This document shows, in pieces, positions 32,769-46,604 of a stretch of DNA of 64,000 nucleotides (position 1 is its first letter; each line of letters starts with the position of its first letter). The notes beneath the pieces were generated by a model. It was not told the DNA's origin and ran no database searches. It worked only from the letters and a program-made list of their open reading frames with translations. Source of the stretch: Fistulifera solaris (taxonomy: Eukaryota); contig AP026130.1 in the NCBI GenBank assembly GCA_030295235.1, forward strand, positions 248,001 to 312,000, written 5' to 3'. Both the position numbers and the translations under genes were made by a program.

Positions 32769-35700
32769 ATGACGGCAAAAGTAGCTGAAACGGAACCCGA
32801 GGCCGATCGGCTGCTGGTTCTGGGAAGACCCGATTACGATCGTTGTGATAACAAAGTCGTGTCGGCACGTTATACGTTCTACAACTTTTTACCTGTGGTA
32901 AGTAGCCGTTTGTTGCCGCCTTTGCTCGTTCCCTTCTTCTGTTACGGCAAAATTTGGATCGTTCGAGGCTTGCTGTTTGTTATTTCATCTCTTGTTGCAT
33001 GAAAAAATAATTCGGAAGTTGAATGAAGCAATGTGTTCATTACTGTTCCTGACGCTTCTTGCATTTACAGGCCACCATGGAACAATTTCGACGCTTCGCC
33101 AACTTGTATTTCTTAATAGTCGGTTTTATCATGTTTTTGGGTCAATACACTACTTTGTTTGAAACCGCCATTTCCCCCCTGGACGACGTGGGGTCCCTTG
33201 GCAGTGGTGATTTCGATCTCGTTGTCGGTCGAAGGATCGGCCGACCGTAAACGTCATCGGAATGACCAGGAAACCAACAACGCGGAATGTGTGGTCATTC
33301 GAAGTGCGGCCGATATTGACAAAGATGAGGCGAAGCGTGACGAGCATATTTTAGGGGGCGCCGATGTCGTGGTGAATACTTCCAAATCCTATTTCAAGAT
33401 GGACTCTTCGAGTGTACACGGCCAGGCCGACTCGATTGTCAAAATTGGTTTCCAAAAAATCCGTCGTATGGATATCCGACAAGGACACCTTGTTTTAATT
33501 AAAAACAGAGAAATGGTTCCTGCCGATTGCGTTCTTCTCGCGAGCAGCAACGATCAAGGTGGCGCTTACATCGAAACGTCGTCCATCGATGGAGAAACCA
33601 ACTTGAAACTGCGAAATAGTCCACAACTGCCAAAGGAAGTTACCAAAGCTCTGCGGAGCCAAAAATTGAAACCTTTGAAGGAAGTAGACGAGGAAGTGGA
33701 TGGTGAGGTTCATCTGTTCGAGAGCATTGAAACGGCCACGAAGCGCATTGCGCGATTCTCGGCTCTAGGTCATCCCAACGGAAGAACTGTGACAGAACAC
33801 CCGACCTATCGTATCGATGAAAGTTCCTTGGCTCCCCAAACGGGTGCGGAGGCCCCTCGCCGCGGTCACAAATTTGGGCAGTATATGGAGCAGAGGGGAA
33901 GCGTATCGGCCAAACATCCCGAGCCAGGGGCGGCGGACGATGCATACGTCGCGGCGTTGGTGACAGAGCCACCCAATGCGAGTGTTCACACTTTCGGAGG
34001 AAAACTGACTCTTCCACCATTGACAGTCGGGGAGATTGCCACGACATTCCCTTGGGTGCAGAGAATGTTCTGTTGCGCGGTGCTGTCCTGCGCAATACGG
34101 AATGGGCGATTGGAGTTGCTTTCTTTACGGGCACGGATACCAAGTTGATTCAGAACTCTCACGAGACGCCTCCAAAATTTAGTCAGCTTGACAGACTGAT
34201 GAATTACACAGTCCTGTGTATCCTCTGCATCATGTTCTTAACTATCTCATACTTGGCTTCGAGGGCTGTTGTCACAAATCGCGACGCGTTTGACACGTTG
34301 TTTTACGTTGGGTTTAGTGATAATGCCACCGAACCTTGGCCGTATCTTCCGGCGGAACAGTTTGGAAATTTGCCTCCTAACTGGACGGAATCCACCTACA
34401 ACTGGTTGCAGTATTTCCTCTTGTACATCACATTGTTGACAAACTTTGTGCCTTTGAGTCTCTACGTGACGGTGGAAATTGTCACTGTGTGCAACCTGTG
34501 GTTTCTTTACGCCGATTTGGACATGTACGATGATACAACCGATACGAGAGCTACTGCCCGCAGCACGATCATCACCGATTTGGGTCGTATTCAATACATA
34601 TTCTCGGACAAAACTGGTACGCTTACACAAAACGTAATGCGCTTCAAGCGTTGTTCAGTTGATGGAATGATATTCGGAGCGCCTATCCAGAAATCACGAC
34701 CAGGTGAAACGGATGGAGACGATGATGAGCCCGCAAGCTTTCACCCAGTGCGTCAGCTTTTAGTGGGTCAGCTCCCGCTGCCGGCGTCGGCTCGGGGATT
34801 GGAAGGTCTTGGTGGCGAATCTAATGAACAACTTGATAACAAGCTGACATTCAATGCGGAAATGTTTCTTCGGGTGATGAGTTTGTGTCACACTGTCGTT
34901 GTCGAAAAAGATATCGACAATAAAGAAGATATCGATGCAGGTGCTTCTGCCAGCTCAGGACGCTCGAGTAGATCAGGGATGTCGAGGCTGTTCGGTAGAA
35001 AGCGCACAAACACGAACGACTCACAAAGTGGTACTCCTTTGTCAATTGTCAACGAAAAAGCCGAGCTTGACAGAATGTTTATGGAGAAAACTCCTTTTCG
35101 CCGATCGAACTCGAACGAGTCTTTTGATCCGGCAATAAATCGTCGTGATATCCAAGGCCCTGACGGAGCTCCATTGGGGTATGCATATCAAGCGGAGAGT
35201 CCAGACGAAGGTGCTCTCGTCTCGGCAGCAAGTAGTACGTTCGGTTTTCAAGTTGTTTCACGTGATACAAGCGGAATAACGCTTCGAACGAAGTACATAT
35301 CGCATCTGGAAGATAAACGACTCGTAACTGGTCTTGTGGATAAGACTATCACAATGGATCGAATCGCAGCAGAGACGGCGAGCTCGCGTGAGTTTCCTTC
35401 ATCTGGGGCCGAAGAAACTCCGTCGACTGCGCCACCTACACCCGTTGCCGAAAAGTCTGAGAGGCAGGACGAAAAATGGTCTATTTTAGCTGTGAACAAG
35501 TTCGACTCTGATCGTAAGCGAATGTCGATCTTACTTAGATCACCTCCTGAATTGGGCGATTTGCCCATGTTGTTTTGCAAAGGTGCTGATTCTGCAATGT
35601 TGGAACCTGGAATTATAGCTAGTTCGCAAATAATCAGTGGTGATGGCGGCGCTCCCCCATCTTTTGCAGATATGCAAAGGCCCGCAGGCACTGATTCTAG

Positions 35701-38337
35701 AGGACGCGATGTATCTGAACTTTCGTTCGTCCCTGAACGTGACGATTCTGACGCCAACGGGGTTGACGCTGAAGGGTGGGAACTCGCTCAAATGCTCGGC
35801 ATGCAGTCTCATCTCGGAGATTTCGCCAGAGAAGGTCTCCGCACATTGGTACTTGGTATGCGTATTCTCAGCGAGAGTGAATGTGAGAAATGGATGGAGC
35901 AATACAAGGCTGCTGCTACATCCATGACAAATAGATCCGAGTTACTCACTGAGGCTGCGAAAGAAATAGAACGCGATCTTCATGTTGTTGGTGCAACTGC
36001 GATTGAAGATAAGTTACAAGTCGGTGTACCGCACACTATTTCACAACTTGAAAAGGCCGGTATCAAGCTTTGGGTCCTCACAGGCGACAAACGCGAGACG
36101 GCTATAGAGATCGGGTATTCCACCCACGTTCTTACACCAAAAATGCACTTGACCGAGGTTCCTGATAACGGGGACGTTCACGTTCGGACCCAAATGGCCA
36201 TGGAATTCATGCGTCTCATTAAAATTGGAAAGCTCCGTGAATACCAAAAGTCCACGTTGGACGATTTAGGTCCGACGACAATGAAAATCAGGATGGAACG
36301 ATTTATGTTCACTACTGGGAAGCGTTATCGAGCTTTGAAACGGATTACCACAAAGTGGATTGCTTCCGTTGTAGCTTTGTTTGGCATGAAGGATAAAGCT
36401 AAAGCTTTGAACAAAGAAGTCGAACGGTGGGAACAAGAAGAACGGGATATTCTAGAAGCCGTGGAAGTCCGAAAGAGAACCCGCGCCCGAGCCGAAAAAG
36501 TTATCCAAGATTGGTTGCAATCAGACGAAGGGAAAGCAGCAAAAGACAAGAACAGGTCAAAACAAGGCCAACGGCCACGACGATGAAGACTTATCGCTGG
36601 CTTCTGAAGAGGTACCTGGTGTTTTCAATAGAGCGTCCTCGGCCAAGTCGTTGCTGAGAAGTTTTACGGGGACGGGGAAATTGTCCCAACAGGAGGTGCG
36701 ATCACTTTCGCTAGCTCATCTTACCGCTCAACAAGCAGAATCATCGGACAACGAACCTCTCGTTGACGAAGACGCGCTTTCGCTTGAAAGCTTTGTTCCG
36801 GGAGGTGACGCCAAAACTATGGACTATGATAAGAAAAAGCGAACGATTCTTGAACGGTTATTTGCGGTTGATAAACAAGTTCGAAAAGGTCGACTTATGA
36901 AACACATGTTCAAATCGAGGATTCAAGAAATATCTGAGAGGAAACTCGAAGCAGGCCACACGGCACAACCTACCAGTATGACATCGGGGCCTAGAGCACT
37001 CGTCATCGAGGGCGCTGCATTGAAGTCGCTACTTGGAGATCCTGAATTGGAAGGTATTCTTTTGCAGTAGCCAGTAAGTGTGAAGCGGTAATTGCATGCC
37101 GTGTCAGTCCAAAACAAAAAGCGTTACTGGTAAACCTGGTCAGACGAAATGTGAAGCCCGAACCGGTGACGCTTGCCATTGGAGATGGTGCAAATGACGT
37201 GGGAATGATCCAAGAAGCCCATGTCGGTATCGGAATTTCTGGAAAGAAGGAAAGCAAGCAGTGAACGCTTCCGATTTCGCTATTTCTCAATTCCGATTTT
37301 TGGAGGAGTTGATTTTGATTCACGGACGCTGGAACTTTTTCCGTCTCAGCACTGTCGTTTTATTTTCCTTCTACAAAAATGCCGTCATGGCTGGGTCCTT
37401 GGTTGTGTTTGCCGGGCGTACTCTGTATAGCGGAACTCCTCTGTTTGACGAGTGGGTTATTGCCATGTTGAACTTCGTCGCCGCTTTCCCTATTATCTTC
37501 TTGGGTCTTTTCGACAGATGTCTGGATAAAGATTACGTAAAACAGAACCCCGAAGTGTTCAAGGCAACCAGAGAAAACGAGCTGATGACCTTCCGAACTC
37601 TCAGCCGATGGGTATTTCTTGTCTTTGTTCATATCTTCTCCATCTACTATCTCACTGTCCCTCCACACGGTGATGGTGGCGGTATCTCCACAGCTTGGAA
37701 GGGTTTGATGAATGGAAGAGACGATGATCGACCCGGTGATGGTGAAGGTGGTGATCTGAAGAGCGTTGGCACAGTAGCGTACACGTGCATGATTTTCATG
37801 TTTGCCTACAAGGTAAGTTTTCTTTTGCAACATTTACAACGATTGCAATCCGATATTGTGCGTTGTTCTGACCCATGTTATTTGACCATTAAACAGGTTC
37901 TCTTCGAAAACAAGACGTTGATTCACGGACGTTGGCCAGCCTTCACGCTCCGCAAAGGTGTGGGCGAAGGCTTTTACAGTCGTCTGGCCTATACATGGCA
38001 TGGAGTCATTTTTCTGTCCATCGGCTTTTACTTCTTCGGTATTTGCACGTACCAGTTGGTCGGTCGCATCGGAGCCAGTGACTTTTCCTCGTACGTGTAC
38101 GTGCCCAATCACGTCTTTGGCACCCGCTCGATGAGTTGGATGCTGGTCACCTTTGTCCCCATAATCGCCATTGGATTCGATGTGTCCGGCAAAGTGTTTT
38201 CGAACATGTTCTACCCGACGCAGACGCAGATACATTTGGAAATTGAATGCATGCAAAATATGGAAAAACAGAATAATCATTCTCCCAACAAGCAACCGAG
38301 TACCCGAGCTGACGGTCGTATCACGGCGACGGCTTAG
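32769..38337 (+). CDS. P4-type ATPase (phospholipid flippase); introns 32898-33070 and 37813-37896; several frameshifts
   Basis: [25 protein letters not shown], phosphorylation motif [69 protein letters not shown]. Confidence 0.95.
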
Positions 38338-38448
38338 GAGGGACTTTTGAACCCATTGTAATTGAAACAAATCATACTTTTAATAAAAAATTTATTTTAG
38401 GAATCAATTTACTTCGCACCAAGCGTTACTGTTCACTTGTGCGATGCA

Positions 38449-39600
38449 CTAGAGTGACATGGCATCCCGAATGGCTTTCAGAGCATCCGACGATTCTTCT
38501 GCCGCTGATTCTGGCGCTGGCGCAATGACTCCATCACTGTTTCCTGCATTTTCTTTCAAAAACATCGGCTCGCCTTCTAAATCACCTACTTTCTGGAGAA
38601 TATCACAACGCAAACTGGTCAAGGCCGGTGGTTCAAATCCCACAATTTGTTCGTCTTGTAGTACAGGTTGCAAGACCGTGACACCGGCTTCGACGCGCAA
38701 GAGTGTTTCGTCTTTTGCAAGCCACGCCAATCGACACAATCCGACTTCGGCATCGGTCAGAATGCGCGGACATTGGACAAAGACCCCACCGGGCAAACGC
38801 AAATTCCAACGATCGACCGGGGCACTCCCGTGCCAATCATCGCCTTCGGGTAATTCATCAATGGTCCATCCTCGATTTCCGTTGGTAGGGCCCCACGTCC
38901 AACTGGTTCCTTGCCATTGTTTGTGCCACGCGTACGGTGGGACGGGACGATGAAAGCGAATTGAGTTGTCTTCCGTTTCGGTTTCGGCCGTGGGCGGCAC
39001 GTCTCTCAAAGCTTCGCGCGCAATCAAACAACGAGCCAATTTCAATCCCTGCGGTGGACATGATCCCGGTTCAATGTCCCGTTCCCAGACGGGAGCATGT
39101 TGCAACAAGACACGGACACGGGCGTCTTCGTAGGATAGAATCAATTCGGTCGCCAACAACCCCGATCGCGTCAACGTCGGTCCGACAATTTGGGAATGCG
39201 CGGCCAAACGATTGCGCACCATCAAATTGTCGCGGGTGTATTGTGCGACGGGTATTGTTTGTGTTTCCATGCGATCGAAACACGTCGCACAATCGGACCG
39301 TGTCGCTCCCACGACAATCTGATGGGTTTGTTTTACCGTATCATCCGTCAGCAAATCCAAATCGACCGACGCCACCACTTCATCCAAAACATCGCCCATG
39401 TAATCGTAGGTCGTCCAAATGCCTTTCCAGGAACCTCGGGCGTGATATTGTTTGTATAAATTCCATTGTAAATCGGGATCGTCGGGTTCGCCCAGCGAGG
39501 AAGCGAGGGAGGAAGTCGAACGGGGTCGAGTCGTCTGTGTAATGAAGGATTGACTGGGGTGTATCAGCCATGTCGCCGTAAGCAGGAAATGTAGTTTCAT
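38449..39600 (-). CDS. Plastid-targeted protein of unknown function (possibly DUF3598-like beta-barrel)
   Basis: Signal peptide MKLHFLLTATWLIHPSQS-F. Two W-x-G repeats (GSWKGIW, QWQGTSW) and the segment LRLPGGVFVQCP. Confidence 0.55.
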   Translation of the reverse strand: MKLHFLLTATWLIHPSQSFITQTTRPRSTSSLASSLGEPDDPDLQWNLYKQYHARGSWKGIWTTYDYMGDVLDEVVASVDLDLLTDDTVKQTHQIVVGATRSDCATCFDRMETQTIPVAQYTRDNLMVRNRLAAHSQIVGPTLTRSGLLATELILSYEDARVRVLLQHAPVWERDIEPGSCPPQGLKLARCLIAREALRDVPPTAETETEDNSIRFHRPVPPYAWHKQWQGTSWTWGPTNGNRGWTIDELPEGDDWHGSAPVDRWNLRLPGGVFVQCPRILTDAEVGLCRLAWLAKDETLLRVEAGVTVLQPVLQDEQIVGFEPPALTSLRCDILQKVGDLEGEPMFLKENAGNSDGVIAPAPESAAEESSDALKAIRDAMSL

Positions 39601-39965
39601 TATCTTAAAACTGAGGGGTTCAAAAATGTATTAACAAAGGCAAGGCAAAGCTTTCACAACAAGTTGAATGAAACCTCACAACATCACTTTTTTCAAGAGC
39701 ATGCATCGGAATGCTGTGCACGGCGCACATCCGAAACACGATGCGACGCGACACGTGCGTCACAAGGAACATTCTACGTCACATCAATCCTCAAAAACGT
39801 TCCAGATTCCACAGGAGCTAGGTAGAGTTCAAGGGGAAATCAAAATCTATCTTATCGTCAAATAAGAACAATTGCTAGTTACAACCTCAATGACAATCTA
39901 TTCATCGTGTATAAACTAGGCAAGCCGAGAGGTACATTCCAATGAATGTATTCGACCCAGCTTCT

Positions 39966-41287
39966 TTATTCTTCCAATTCCCGCATCCATTCTTGATGCA
40001 AGACACCGTTTTCCGACAAGGCACACGATGGGATCGGGACATCCCCATCAACAATCACGCCACGATAAAATGCGACACCTGGACGTGCTTCGAGACATCC
40101 GGTACGTTGTGCCACTACCTCGGGAGGACCCATACAGACATCGGCGACATAATGATTCACCGTCGGGGCAAACGATTTCACTTTTTGCACATGGTGCAAA
40201 ACCACCATCCAGGACGCGGGGGCATACGACAACAACTGCGTGCTGAGCCAGTTTCCCCACACGTCTCTCTCCTCAACGGGAACATTGGCGTGCACGTGCA
40301 ACCATCCACCACAGTCTTCTTTCAAGGCCCGGACGGCAGTTTTCCAACCCCTTGACTACTCGGCAACAGACCTAACGAGACGCGATCAAATCGTTGATGA
40401 CCCCACGGAGCGTGTCGACAATCGCCTTCATAGACAGTCGCCCGATCGTGCACGTGATTGTCTTTCAAATTAAAGGTCAGCGCCGCCACGGCTTCGGGAT
40501 TCCATTCACACGCCACGACGTGTTTCGCTCGACCGTGCACCAATGCCGGTAACGTAAAATAGCCAATGCCCGCATATAAATCCAAGACTTCTTCTCCGGA
40601 TTGCACTAGTGTTTGTCCGAAGCGTATTTTTTCGGTAATGTTCCCCCGACTAAACATGAGTTTCGTTATATCCAGCGATTGTCGTATGCCTTGTTCGGTA
40701 ATGGTCATCCATCCTTCCTTGTCGTAAGAACCATCGTGCCACACCACTTCAAAAGTACTGTGACGAACTGGATTGTTGGGATCAATGGTGCCGCGACGGA
40801 CGACCCGACGACTGGAATACAATGCAGCGAGACGTTGCCACAAGGAGTCGTTGGAAATGTCGTTTGTGGTAGGGGCATGCCGTCGAATATAAGACGACAA
40901 TGATACGGGCTCCCACATGGTCGCTGGAATCACCACCGTCCGATCATCTCCCATGAGTTCCAATGGATGATGGGGACCAGTGGGTAATGTCGAAGGATCC
41001 ACCTTCATCCATGCTTGCAAAAAATCCATCAAAATTTGTTGAATGGCATTCGGATTGGTAGGATTCCCCAGAACCGCCGAACGGTAGGGACAAAAGCAAC
41101 TTCCTCGTTCGACATTTTCAAACTCTTCTTCTTTCGTTTCGAGAACAGGAATCGCAACCCGACCATCGGGAACCGGATGCATTCGTACGCGAGGATGCAG
41201 CAGTCCTTGTTGCGTCAATCGTGTTTTCCATCGTTTGGCCTCGGAGGGTTGTACATAAATGACACTCACTTCTTCTCCTTTTTGCAT
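39966..41287 (-). CDS. TYW2: tRNA wybutosine-synthesizing protein 2 (TYW2/TRMT12, Met-10+ SAM-dependent family); frameshift near 40345
   Basis: EQGIRQSLDITKLMFSRGNITEKIRF, VLDLYAGIGYFTLP, ACEWNP, DRVSLGLLPSS, GGWLHVHANV, KVKSFAP..HYVADV. Confidence 0.88.
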
Positions 41288-41591
41288 TTTTGTTGGATTC
41301 AATGAGAGAGAATGAAATGTTCGGGGCACTGCGATGGTTTTATTGCCAAAGAAAATGCATCCTGTTTGCGCCCGGTTGGTTTTTCGGCACCGCGAGTCGT
41401 GTGACGGTCTGTCCATCCTCCCGGATGAATGAGTCTTGTGTATGACGTCAATACACAACGAGAGACCACCCAAAAAACCGCGCCCCTTCGCAACTTTTTG
41501 TTTTGTTTCTCACTTTTATTTTTCTTCTCTTTTTCATTTTTGATTGTACCGGTTGACTCTTCTTTTCAATATTCTTCATATACACACAATT

Positions 41592-42701
41592 ATGTCTTCT
41601 ACAACAACACTCGATGACTCCGAAGACTTGCCACAACATCGCGTCCTTCCCGATTCCCGCGCCACCGAAGCCGCCAAACAATTGTTGTGTGGTGGCATGG
41701 CCGGAGCCGTCGCCAAAACGTTGACGGCACCCTTCAGTCGTTTGACCATCCTGTTTCAAGTCCATTCCATGGTCACCACGAAAGAACATCGTCCCAAATT
41801 TGCCATGTCCTTACGGGGAGGTGTCGATAAAATCATTGAACGGGGCGGCGTTCGAGCCTTGTGGAGGGGCAACATGACGTCCGTCTTGCATCGATTTCCG
41901 TATTCGGCCATTAATTTTGCTGTCTACGAACATACGTTGGATTTGTTAACCGAACGAAAACAACAACAACGACACGATCCGCACGAAACGACGGCACAAT
42001 TGGTCCGGCGGATGACCAAAATTGTCATGCCGGCGCAACACGACGAAGAGTCATCACAACAGCATCATCCTCCCAGCAACCACGCGGATACTACCAAACC
42101 ATTGCACAAATTCATTGCCGGAGCCGTTGCTGGAACGACGGCCTGTTTGGCGTGTTATCCGTTGGACTTAGTGCGGACGCGATTGACGACGGAATTGGAA
42201 GGACACGAACATTATCAAGGCATTCGGGATGCCTTTCGCAAAGTCTATCGAACGGAAGGCTTGAAGGGATTTTATTCCGGAGTCGGACCGACCTTACTGG
42301 TGGCGGTCCCCAATTTTGCCATTTCGTATACCGTCTACGGGACATTGAAAGAATATACGCTCGATGATGATTTGTTTTATAATTTGCGGCGCATCGATGC
42401 GGACAGTGGAGAACCCAAATTGGGATTTTGGTTGACGGTCGGTTGTGGCGCATGGAGTGGGATCTTGGCCACGTTGGTGACCTTTCCGATGGATACGATC
42501 CGACGACGGATGCAAATTCAATCCTTGCATGTTCCTGCCGAACAGCGCATGACGTCGTATCAACAACTGCATTCGTTAATTATGAAGGAGGGATTGGTAT
42601 CGCTGTATCGTGGTTTGACACCGGAAATTCTCAAAGTCATACCCATGGTGGGGACGATGTTTACCGTATACGAATTTGCCAAGGATCATTTGAACGTGTA
42701 A
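41592..42701 (+). CDS. Mitochondrial carrier family (SLC25) protein
   Basis: Three carrier repeats (APFSRLTILFQ, YPLDLVRTRL, FPMDTIRRRMQ), with LWRGN, FYSG and LYRG. Confidence 0.93.
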   Translation: MSSTTTLDDSEDLPQHRVLPDSRATEAAKQLLCGGMAGAVAKTLTAPFSRLTILFQVHSMVTTKEHRPKFAMSLRGGVDKIIERGGVRALWRGNMTSVLHRFPYSAINFAVYEHTLDLLTERKQQQRHDPHETTAQLVRRMTKIVMPAQHDEESSQQHHPPSNHADTTKPLHKFIAGAVAGTTACLACYPLDLVRTRLTTELEGHEHYQGIRDAFRKVYRTEGLKGFYSGVGPTLLVAVPNFAISYTVYGTLKEYTLDDDLFYNLRRIDADSGEPKLGFWLTVGCGAWSGILATLVTFPMDTIRRRMQIQSLHVPAEQRMTSYQQLHSLIMKEGLVSLYRGLTPEILKVIPMVGTMFTVYEFAKDHLNV

Positions 42702-43624
42702 CAAAAAATACACAGTTTGGTACCTATTGCACAATTGGCTTTTGTTTTAGGCAATGTTTAGACATAATCAATGTCAAGTAAATGGTCGACTCCTGAGGCG
42801 TGGAAGCGCTTTTCCATTTTCAAAGGCAATTGTACAGGACTGGCCGACATGTCGACCGCATGCGCCGTGAGTTCTTCTTCTATTAAGTATACTTAGACTT
42901 GGAGTTAGAATGATCGATCGAGTTCAAGTTCGTCCATTGATTGGACCCGCTTGAATCCGTAGTCGCGTTTCTAGGATGTCACTTTGACATTATTGTTCAC
43001 AATCTGCCATGTGACGCGCTCGGATTGAAACCCGAGGGGCGTCGTTGCGGAACGAATGTGAGGGGCTTCCTCAAAAAGATTGACAAGATGATGATTTCCG
43101 TAGGTATATCTCGTTGCTGGACCGTACGGAAGGAGCAACTATCTGGCCTTTTCGGCAATGGCTTGCGCCTAGTCTCGATTAACTGGGCACGATCCCGCAC
43201 AGCGGTGCTACTAAAGTATTTATTGCGTCTTGGAAACTGGAGAAACCACCACGCCGGGTGCATACTTGTGGGTTGTGGTGTAGACAGATGGTCGGTCCTA
43301 AATAGTTCCTTGTTTATAATGGTTTACGCTACACTACGATGAGAATTGGTTTCGTGTAACCGGTACGACATTTACTGTGAAACGTCACTCCTCGGCATCC
43401 ACGAATGTCGCTCCACAATAAAAAAATCACAACACCTTCAAGAAGTCGTCACAATCCTTTGTTCTATCGTCGTGATAAAGCATAGAAAGAGTCAACATTA
43501 TTTCATTGTTATTATCATCAGGCGGATAGCATTTGCGACTCGATACCCAACTACTCATCATTACATCATTTTCTTCATTCGCAACGTTTTCGACGACAGG
43601 TTCTTTACATTCCAAATCTCCAAC

Positions 43625-45715
43625 ATGTCGGGAAGACTCTTCCTCTGGACACTACTACTCGTCGTGACCGAGGCCTTTCAACCAATCTTGCATCGTTCCT
43701 TGCCGAACACCCGTTTATTCGCGACTCCTCCGACTTACGATGATACGTGTGATATTCTCGTCTTGGGAGTGGCCCCGCGGCTCGCGCCATTGCTTCGCTC
43801 CTGGCCGTATCCGATGATCTCGATGTTCTTTTGACCGATACCAATATCGACAAGGAATTTGTTCCCAATTACGGAGTGTGGCAAGATGAATGGCAAGCTG
43901 TTGTGGATCGCTATGCGGCGGCCGGTGTCAGTCTCGATGGGAAAGAGGTTCCTTCTTCGGTGAATCGATTGTGGAAAACGACCGATTGTTATTTTGGGGG
44001 CAGTTTTGATATTCCCGTCACCGAACGACTCCGCATCGATCGTCCGTATTGTCGGATTGATCGAATGGCGTTGCGGGAAGCATTGTCGCCCGACAGTGGC
44101 AACGGGAATGCACCATACCGAATGATGGCGGCAAAGCACATCAGTGAAGCCTTCCAAATCAATCTCTATCAACCTGCCGGGACGTTAATTCATGATGCTG
44201 ATGGTACCACGATTCAATTGGAAACTCTCGAACAAGAACGCTTGACGGTACGAACGAAATTGGTCATTGATTGTACGGGCCACGAAACCAAATTGGTGTT
44301 GCGGGAACCCCGCGGTGGGAATCAGGCTCCGCCCGGATTTCAAATTGCGTACGGGGCCTTGGTACAAGTCGATGAAACGGAGAGTCCCGACTTGACGCAG
44401 ATTGGACCGTACGATAAGGAAGCCATGACCTTGTTTGATTATCGGACGGATCATTATGTCGATCCCGAGGATGAAGCCAAAGTGGGTGCCGCACCCACGT
44501 TCATGTACGCCATGCCGCTGTATGACAATCTCATTTTTCTTTGAAGAAACGTCCTTGGTCGCACGTCCGGCCGTCAGCTTTCAAGAATGCAAAGACCGGT
44601 GCATTGAACGTTTGAAATATCATCGCATTAAAGTCACAGAAGTGTATGAAGAAGAATTCTGTTACATTCCCATGGGTGGTGCGTTACCGGCAAAAGATCA
44701 ACGCATCATTGGATTGGGTGGCAGTGCGGTCATGGTACATCCCAGTACCGGTTATCATTTGTGTCGTGTCCTGATGGCCGCGGCCGATGTGGCCGAAGTC
44801 ATTCGGAACGAATTGGTCGAAACCGCCCAACCCAATTTGGACCGGGCCGCCGCGGCGGCCTATCACGCCATGTGGTCCCCGGAAAACATGCGGCAACGCA
44901 ATTTTGCCGTATTTGGGGGTGAGTTTTTAATGAAACAGGATGTGGTGGGTTTGCGTGGATTCTTTGATGGATTCTTCCGGTTGCCGCTTCCTCTGTGGGC
45001 GGGATTCTTAGCGGGATGGCCCGGTTTGCCCAACAATGACAAGCACGAATCGTGGTGGGCGCGTTTGTGGTACGGTTTGAATTTTATTGTTCGAATCCCG
45101 GGACCCGTGGCGGCCGATATGGTCTATAGTATCTTGACGTATTCGATCTTCCGCAATCTGTCGTTAATGCAGTCGGTGACTCCTTTTCTGGGTGCTCCGG
45201 AGAGTTATGAATACAAAAAGAACATGGATACCGTTGGAGATGTTGCAGCCAAGCAAGAGGGTCGACGAATGGTACAAGCATCGCAAATTACCATGGATCT
45301 ACCCCGCTTCTTTGATGATGACACGGGAACCAAAGCCGAGACGGAAACTGCCTTTTTCCTGAAAGATGATGTCCCTTTCGTTGGCACCGTTTTCCCGGAG
45401 AAAAAGGAGATCGTGTCCGTTGCGTCCCCGGAATCCACAATACAAGAAAGTACGGTTCAAAAGGAGTCAATATCTTCACAAACACCCCCGGAAGACAAAA
45501 ATGATGATATTATCATCGCCCGACAGAAAGTAAAGGCCCAAGAAGCTTTGTTGAAGGCTCGTTTAGAATTGAGCAAATCTACTAGAACGGCGGAAACTTC
45601 ATCACAACATGATGTAGTACATGAACCGGTCAATTCTTCTGAACCAATGGACGCCGCTACAAGACAAGAACGAGCCCGCAGAGCTATGATGGAAGCGAGA
45701 CTCAAACGCAATTGA
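43625..45715 (+). CDS. LCYB: Plastid lycopene beta-cyclase (CrtL type); frameshifts near 43770 and 44540
   Basis: Presequence ending TEA-FQ. Dinucleotide-binding DILVLG, then NYGVWQDEW, QIAYG, TFMYAMP, FFEETSLVARP, EEFCYIPMGG, MVHPSTGY, FFDGFFRLP. Confidence 0.9.
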
Positions 45716-45794
45716 GGAAAGGTGCTACTATTCTAGATTGTATTAACATAGATAAATAATGTTACATTCAATAATTGTGTTCTTTTCTAGAGAG

Positions 45795-46604
45795 TTACAC
45801 ATCCAAATAATCGGGGTGCGCCGACGACGGCAATCCTCCTTTCCGTAACGGTTTGCCATTGGAAAAGTTGCGCATTTCATTTTCGACTTCCCGGCAAAAT
45901 TCAAACCGCCTCCGGCCGGCGAAAACACCACGGTGAGGCGGGGACACGAAAGACAACACAGCGATCGGTCCGGCTTGCCCGCCGATCGCGGCCACAACTC
46001 AAAAAGGCGTCGATGGCATCGTCGTTACAATGGAAACACCGTCCATCGGTGTCGACAAGAAGCCACGGTAGGGTTGAGAGGTGAGAAGGAAACAACACGG
46101 CATGGACGGGTTGACGCGTCGAATGGACACAATTTTGTCGAACGGAACATCGACTTCAATGTTTCCGATCCAAAAACGGAGTGTTCCATCGGCTGTCACA
46201 TCCACCGACCGCACTAAATTGTACCAGAACCACGCCAGGAGGAACAAATTCGCCAAACAAATCCCCACGACCGTTCCGTGCGCCCCGACGGGGACGGCGG
46301 CTATCATTAATCCAATAAAGACGGCTTCTAAGATGATGATTTGTATTTTGAAGCCTTGATGATTCAAATGAATATATACGAGTCAGTGTTATAATTGTTG
46401 AAGTTACAAAAGAATCACTTTCTCTCACTTACTCGTCGAAAACGGCGCCGAGTGAAACGAGTGCAAGACGCTGCCATCGTCGGTCACGTAGGTCAAGGAT
46501 TGTGATATAAGAAGCGGATCTTCGTCAGCCAACATTTCTGCCTTTTGTTTTTGTGCTGCTCGAGCTATTTCCGCCTGCGATGATGATTCGGATTCTAACG
46601 CCAT
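45795..46604 (-). CDS. Small two-transmembrane protein of unknown function; intron 46355-46432; one frameshift near 46000
   Basis: ORF pieces join in frame through a GTAAGT...AG intron. Two hydrophobic helices are followed by a beta-rich, PH-like segment (DVPFDKIVSIRR). Confidence 0.55.

Noticed and set aside
42780..43600. Short ORFs or an RNA gene between the carrier and lycopene cyclase genes
   Set aside because: No recognisable protein motif, tRNA cloverleaf or snoRNA box pair could be supported.
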